From Vairimorpha necatrix (lineage: Eukaryota): 64,000 nucleotides of DNA. The notes beneath the pieces were generated by a model that saw nothing but the letters and a program-made list of their open reading frames with translations, ran no database searches and was not told the DNA's origin. Each line of letters begins with the position of its first letter. Positions within the stretch are counted from its first letter, which is position 1. The stretch spans positions 372,001-436,000 of the forward strand of contig CP142732.1 of NCBI GenBank assembly GCA_036630325.1, in the 5' to 3' direction. The translations under genes and the position numbers were made by a program. Positions 58,825-64,000 of this stretch are shown in pieces.

Positions 58825-61250
58825 TGTGGACTGATGGTTTCCCATCAGTCCGAGAAGAATGTTTTAAACTATAATTTTTATTGTTCTTCATCTTCATACC
58901 CCAAGGGTATGATTTTCTTTTATATTTATAGGCGGGAAAATATTGTACATTTTCCCTCCATAAACATAGTTTGGTAAAGGAGGAGAATACTTATAGAATA
59001 GTATTCTCTAGTCTCCAGGGTAATCTTAGGACCACTGGAGATCTGTCACTTGACACTCCCCCTTCTTTAGAGGCTCCTAGGTTACCATTTGTTGACGCGT
59101 CTTCAAGTACTTCCAGTTAATAGCGAATGCGTCATTATTTAGGATATATAATTTATAGACTCCCTCTATTCCAACCGTAGGGATAGTATATGACTTTTTC
59201 ATTTTGTCAATTCCTTTCTTCTGAATGCTTATCGGTGGTTTTCGCTTTCGTACTACGTCCCGAACTCTATGAACACTTAATTTCACATTGTCTTTAACTT
59301 TTTCCTTTTCATTTCTTGGTTTCTTCCGCGAGTAAGCGATAGATGTATAACGAAGCATTTCTTTTTCGTCGGAGTCTTTCCGCCATCCATTTATCATTTT
59401 AATAGATCTAAATTGTCTATTTATAAGCTCCGGTAGCATACTGCCCCTGTAAATTTTTTTCCTCCTTTTTTTGTGAGGTATATGTTCTCTGCCTTTCCCC
59501 CAGGTATTTAGCTGTAGGTATTTTAACAACAATTCAAAGTTTGTAAATACGGGTGGATCATGTAATTTTTGTATTAAATGATGTGGGTAAAACTCTTTTT
59601 TTTTACTTCTGTTTAGTTTTCCCTTGTCATTACAAATTACCATGTCACTGAAAGATGCTTTGATTGGAGCGACCGGGAGAGTAAACGTCGATACAGTTTC
59701 TTCCTCTCCAGTTTTACTCAAAAGCACTTTGGGCTTGACTCTTATCGCTTCCCTTTGACCTAATGGTCTCCTATGTTGGATGCACTTAGATTCCGGACAA
59801 TACTTTAGCTCATCTATAACATTGCTACTACTAAAGCTTAAGTTTTGGTCTTTAATATGGAAAGCCTTCGAATGTACTATGGCAAGTTTATTACTTTTTT
59901 CTTTTCCTTCTTGAAAGTAATTTTCTTTTACAATGTCTGTTAGATGTGTTTCGGATATTTTTCCCGTTGTGCAGACAGATTTCGTTGCTATAGCGCCATC
60001 TATTTTATCAAACCTTTTGAGTAGATTTAGTTTCTTGGCATCTACTATGCCAATTATAAAGTCTTCCGGTAATTTATCTATTACGTAAGCCTCGATCATT
60101 TCATTTTTCTTGATCTTGGGCCTCTTTATAAAGACTTGTATTTTTCCTCCTGATTTGACCTGGCCCCCTATTCCTTCAACCGTAAGAGTTTCTTTTGTTG
60201 GTTTTAATTTCAGTTTTTGAATCATTGTTTTACTAATGAGATTCACTTGAGATCCGGTATCAATAAGAGCGGAAAATTTTTTCGTTCCCGAATATAGATT
60301 TATCCTCGGGCGGATATCTTGTAGTTTAGTAGTCGATTTCATTTCTCCTATCCTTAAAAGCATGGCAGAATTTACTTGTTCTGCTTTTTCTCCAAAAATT
60401 TTATTATCTTTTTTTTCTCGTGAGATAGCTTCATAAGATGGTTTTCTACTAAATGTTTTCTTTTTGTTTAAATGATAATTTATAAGAGTTTGTTTGTTCT
60501 CAACTAATTCCAGCAATTCCAACCAATCTTTCGTTTCTTTAATAGGCTCCTTCAACTTATCAGGGGAGTTCCTTCCTATAGAAATCTTTGATCTGGCAAA
60601 ATATTCAGGGTTTCCTTTTGCATATCTTTTGAGGTCATAAGCGTAACTTAAAATGTCGCTTTCCTTTGGACCTTCCACATATAGATGCATGAACCTATCT
60701 GCTATATCTTCTGTTAGTTTCTCTTTTAAATACTTTTTTTTAAACTGGGTTTTGAATGAATCATAGTCTGTAATTTCATCACCCTCGAACGCTTTGAACC
60801 ATGTTAACGCTTTGCCTTTAAGTTTAGATTTGGCAATATCTAGCGTTTTATCTTGCGTATACACATCCTCAATTTCGCGGAACTGAGTTAAAAAATCTTC
60901 GGCTTGTTTTAAAGTTTCGCCGTTAAATTCTGTCCACCTATTGATCAGACATATTTTTTCCATGTGCGTGATGAGACTATTAAAGTGATCGTTCAAATCC
61001 TCGTCACCGTTACCACCATTGTGGACTGATGGTTTCCCATCAGTCCGAGAAGAATGTTTTAAACTATAATTTTTATTGTTCTTCATCTTCATACCCCAAG
61101 GGTATGATTTTCTTTTATATTTATAGGCGGGAAAATATTGTACATTTCCCCTCCATAAACATAGTTTGGTAAAGGAGGAGAATACTTATAGAATAGTATT
61201 CTCTAGTCTCCAGGGTAATCTTAGGACCACTGGAGATCTGTCACTTGACA
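58825..61250 (-). mobile_element. Young non-autonomous LTR element (231-bp LTRs, 2.4 kb)
   Basis: LTRs 58825-59055 and 61020-61250 with one difference seen; TSD TGTGC; PBS TGGTGGTAAC; purine-rich PPT. Confidence 0.95.
59077..61092 (-). CDS. Gag-protease polyprotein with eroded RT-like tail
   Basis: Gag-like LKGKALTWF and protease FSALIDTGSQVNLIS. No YxDD, RNase H or DDE motifs. Confidence 0.85.
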   Translation of the reverse strand: MKMKNNKNYSLKHSSRTDGKPSVHNGGNGDEDLNDHFNSLITHMEKICLINRWTEFNGETLKQAEDFLTQFREIEDVYTQDKTLDIAKSKLKGKALTWFKAFEGDEITDYDSFKTQFKKKYLKEKLTEDIADRFMHLYVEGPKESDILSYAYDLKRYAKGNPEYFARSKISIGRNSPDKLKEPIKETKDWLELLELVENKQTLINYHLNKKKTFSRKPSYEAISREKKDNKIFGEKAEQVNSAMLLRIGEMKSTTKLQDIRPRINLYSGTKKFSALIDTGSQVNLISKTMIQKLKLKPTKETLTVEGIGGQVKSGGKIQVFIKRPKIKKNEMIEAYVIDKLPEDFIIGIVDAKKLNLLKRFDKIDGAIATKSVCTTGKISETHLTDIVKENYFQEGKEKSNKLAIVHSKAFHIKDQNLSFSSSNVIDELKYCPESKCIQHRRPLGQREAIRVKPKVLLSKTGEEETVSTFTLPVAPIKASFSDMVICNDKGKLNRSKKKEFYPHHLIQKLHDPPVFTNFELLLKYLQLNTWGKGREHIPHKKRRKKIYRGSMLPELINRQFRSIKMINGWRKDSDEKEMLRYTSIAYSRKKPRNEKEKVKDNVKLSVHRVRDVVRKRKPPISIQKKGIDKMKKSYTIPTVGIEGVYKLYILNNDAFAINWKYLKTRQQMVT

Positions 61251-61929
61251 TGTGCTATTTGCAAATATTTACTGGCATTAACCAGCAGCTCTTATTTGCT
61301 GTGTGGATTTTCTTTAATAACAATAAAAGTATTTTAGTTTTTAGTTTTTTTTATAAACCGACAGCTCTGAGTTCTGGAAAGACTAATTGAAATATGCGCA
61401 TGTGTAGAATGGCCAAGCAACCCAAAATTACATAGCATAAATCAAACCCGAATCTTTATTGTAAAGATTGCTGTGTAACTTCCTATTATATTCCAAAGTA
61501 CCTACGAATGGAATATGTCTATGTAGGCCATATTGCCTATACAGTTTTTATGTCTCATTATGTTTTATTTCGTAAATTTATCTTTTTTGATCTAAACAAG
61601 ACAAAATAGTATTATTGCTAAATGTTAAATTGTAGATTTTACAACGACGTTTGAACATAAACTATTTGAGTCATGAAAACATGACACTTCAATGATTAAT
61701 GCGTTAGTGTAATTCTTTTCAATATAAAACGACAAACAAATGATAATTTATTTGTTTTATTGCTTAATATTAAATAATTTATTTGGAATTGACATACATT
61801 ATGTAATTTCCTTAACGTTTAATTATATAATAGAATGAGTTTATACGGTAAATAATGTTACTTGCAATTTACAAAGTTTATAATAGATTTTATGAATTTC
61901 ATATTATTTTTTTTTTATTTTTAATCATA

Positions 61930-62916
61930 TTATTTCTCATATGCTTTCTCAATTATATCACTCTCCTCCATCATAGCTGTTCTAATCGGTTTTACAATCT
62001 TCTCAATAATTTCAGCCGCCGTATTTTTTAATGAGTTCCCGTTTAATTTATTTTTTTTAAAATCTTCAGACAATTCCTTAAATGAATATTTTTTGTTAGA
62101 CACAATTACGTCTAAATTGTAAATATCACAATATGGATAAATTATACATTTAAATAATGACATAAGTCCTTCGTTTTCTAAATTACAATGACTTATTTTT
62201 TTCTTGATTTCTTCTTCCGTATCTAATAAATCTATTTTTGAATCTTTGTCTGAGCTGCTCATTTTCTCAGAATTCAATCCTGGTATCATAGGATTCATTA
62301 AATGAATCCTCTTTTTGTATTTTATTATTGGTAAAAATTCTCTAGCGTACATAAAAATTTTTCTTTGGTCTACTCCACCAAATTGTACATCTACTTTGAG
62401 ATATTCCTCATCTAGTGCTTGCATGGCAGGATAGACAAGTGAACTAAGTTTAGAATTACTTACTTGTTTAACCACTTCACTTCCGGCTCTTTTAGCATCA
62501 TTTTGATTTGTCTGGTTTAAAATGCGCATTATGTCATTAAAATACTCGTTACTTCTCTGAAATGAACTTCCCAACACAAAATTAATTTTTGTAAGATCTA
62601 CTTTTAAGCTTTCTAGCATCAAACTTATAATTTTTTTATAGTAGACAGTTCTACATTCAATTTTTTCGATTGGAGCTTTTAGATTATCAAGAAATGCGTG
62701 AATATCAGCCAAAAGAATTGTTACATTGCAGCCCGCATCCACAAAATCTTTAATTTTAAATATTGGAAGGAAGTACGCAATATGTGGTTTACCAGTGGTA
62801 GCAGTTCCCCAATATATGTTTAAGTTACGTTTGTCAAGAATTTTCTCCATGACTTCTTTGCCGACTACTTCTTTCAAATTCTGATTTATTAGTGAAATTT
62901 TATCCGTTAAACTCAT
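61930..62916 (-). CDS. TYS1: Tyrosyl-tRNA synthetase, eukaryotic type
   Basis: IYWGTATTGKPHIAY, YPAMQALDEEYL..QFGGVDQRKIF, KMSSS. The ATG at 62916 follows CCC. Confidence 0.95.
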   Translation of the reverse strand: MSLTDKISLINQNLKEVVGKEVMEKILDKRNLNIYWGTATTGKPHIAYFLPIFKIKDFVDAGCNVTILLADIHAFLDNLKAPIEKIECRTVYYKKIISLMLESLKVDLTKINFVLGSSFQRSNEYFNDIMRILNQTNQNDAKRAGSEVVKQVSNSKLSSLVYPAMQALDEEYLKVDVQFGGVDQRKIFMYAREFLPIIKYKKRIHLMNPMIPGLNSEKMSSSDKDSKIDLLDTEEEIKKKISHCNLENEGLMSLFKCIIYPYCDIYNLDVIVSNKKYSFKELSEDFKKNKLNGNSLKNTAAEIIEKIVKPIRTAMMEESDIIEKAYEK

Positions 62917-63077
62917 TAAAAGGGCTTTTTTATTAATCAATAAAATAAGTTTAACGGTATTAGAAATAATTTACTAAATAAAAAATTTTAAAAACTGATT
63001 AAAAATAATATTTTTTAATAGTACAATGTAAAGAAAAAAAAATATTATTAAAATTAAAATATTTTTATCCTCAACTA

Positions 63078-64000
63078 ATGATTATTCTTTACGGATCACA
63101 AAATGGAAATGCTAAACATGTAGCACAACTAATCCAAAATACTTTATTATACGGTTACAACGACGAAACTATATATAATATCCCATCAGACAACAAAATA
63201 AAATCTTACACTATTGATATGAACTCATTTGATTTTACAAAGATTTACGAAATAAAAACTATCATATTTGTATGTTCAACACATGGAAATGGTACAGAGC
63301 CTTTTAATATGACCAAATTTTGGAAAACAATTTGCAATAAAAATTTGCCGGAAAATTTTTTAAGTCATTTAAATTTTGCTGTTTTCGGGTTAGGAGATTC
63401 TTCTTATAATTCGTTCAACTATTGCGCGAAAAAATTATACAATTGTTTAATAAAAAGAGGTGGTGCTCATCCATTAATAAGGAGAGGAAATGGCGACAGT
63501 CAAGATAAAGAAGGTTTTTTAAGTGATTTAAAAATTTGGATGAAAGATCTTTATCCACTAATAAGTCATTTGCCGTTAAAAGATGCTACACAATTTGCTA
63601 TTAATAAAAACAAATTTTTAGACGCCACACTAGTATGCAGTAAATTGTTAACTCCTAAAGATTATAACTTGCCTATATTAGAATTACAATTTGATGTTAA
63701 TATACCAAATTATTCTGTAGGGGATTGTTTAGCTATATACCCAGAAAATTATAACTATCTTGAATTCGTAAAATTTAATAATATCGAGTGCGACGAGTTT
63801 ATAAAATATATCAAAAACCAGTGCGATTTCAACAGTATTCCACAACAACACTTTTTTTTACAGTTATCTCTTTCCGTATCTTTCACTACAGAAGAATATC
63901 AAATGAAATGTAGAGAAATGTATTATAATTATGATTTGTACTACGAATATGTTTTACTAACTAAACGCACTATTTTTGAGATAATTATTGATTTTAAAGT
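63078..64000 (+). CDS. NADPH-dependent diflavin oxidoreductase (NDOR1/Tah18-like), runs off the window end
   Basis: Translated by eye: MIILYGSQNGNAK..CSTHGNG..FAVFGLGDSSYNSFNYCAKKL flavodoxin domain. Absent from the ORF track because no stop falls within the window. Confidence 0.85.
   Translation, partial: MIILYGSQNGNAKHVAQLIQNTLLYGYNDETIYNIPSDNKIKSYTIDMNSFDFTKIYEIKTIIFVCSTHGNGTEPFNMTKFWKTICNKNLPENFLSHLNFAVFGLGDSSYNSFNYCAKKLYNCLIKRGGAHPLIRRGNGDSQDKEGFLSDLKIWMKDLYPLISHLPLKDATQFAINKNKFLDATLVCSKLLTPKDYNLPILELQFDVNIPNYSVGDCLAIYPENYNYLEFVKFNNIECDEFIKYIKNQCDFNSIPQQHFFLQLSLSVSFTTEEYQMKCREMYYNYDLYYEYVLLTKRTIFEIIIDFK

Noticed and set aside
57886-58834. Two ORFs sharing MFKVIRNFCPFLAPLFF
   Set aside because: They are translations of the two MITE TIRs.
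61930-62916. Functional clustering of TyrRS with the DTD pair
   Set aside because: It is ~17.5 kb away with unrelated genes in between; chance in a compact genome is sufficient.

Overview
AT-rich eukaryotic DNA that is almost certainly microsporidian (inferred Nosema/Vairimorpha-like). The evidence is an NTT-type ADP/ATP translocase, an EnP1-like spore-wall protein, compact intronless genes and CCC/GGG motifs just upstream of start codons. Bases 1-27 kb are mostly nested mobile elements: at least five Ty3/gypsy elements plus a solo LTR, two Merlin/IS1595-type elements, a Ginger-like integrase DNA transposon and a tandem non-autonomous Helitron. Bases 28-64 kb hold housekeeping genes, two tRNA genes, three copies of a ~0.8 kb tRNA-headed SINE, a Mutator-like MITE and a young gag-protease-only LTR element. 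Top observations: (1) two head-to-head D-aminoacyl-tRNA deacylase (DTD) paralogs with reciprocal loss of the two active-site motifs, suggesting an obligate heterodimer, right beside a tRNA-Gly gene; (2) the SINE family, with target-site duplications (TSDs) and one copy nested in another; (3) very short LTRs that contain the gag start codon, in the same reading phase across dissimilar families. All protein assignments come from motifs recognised by eye; no searches were run.
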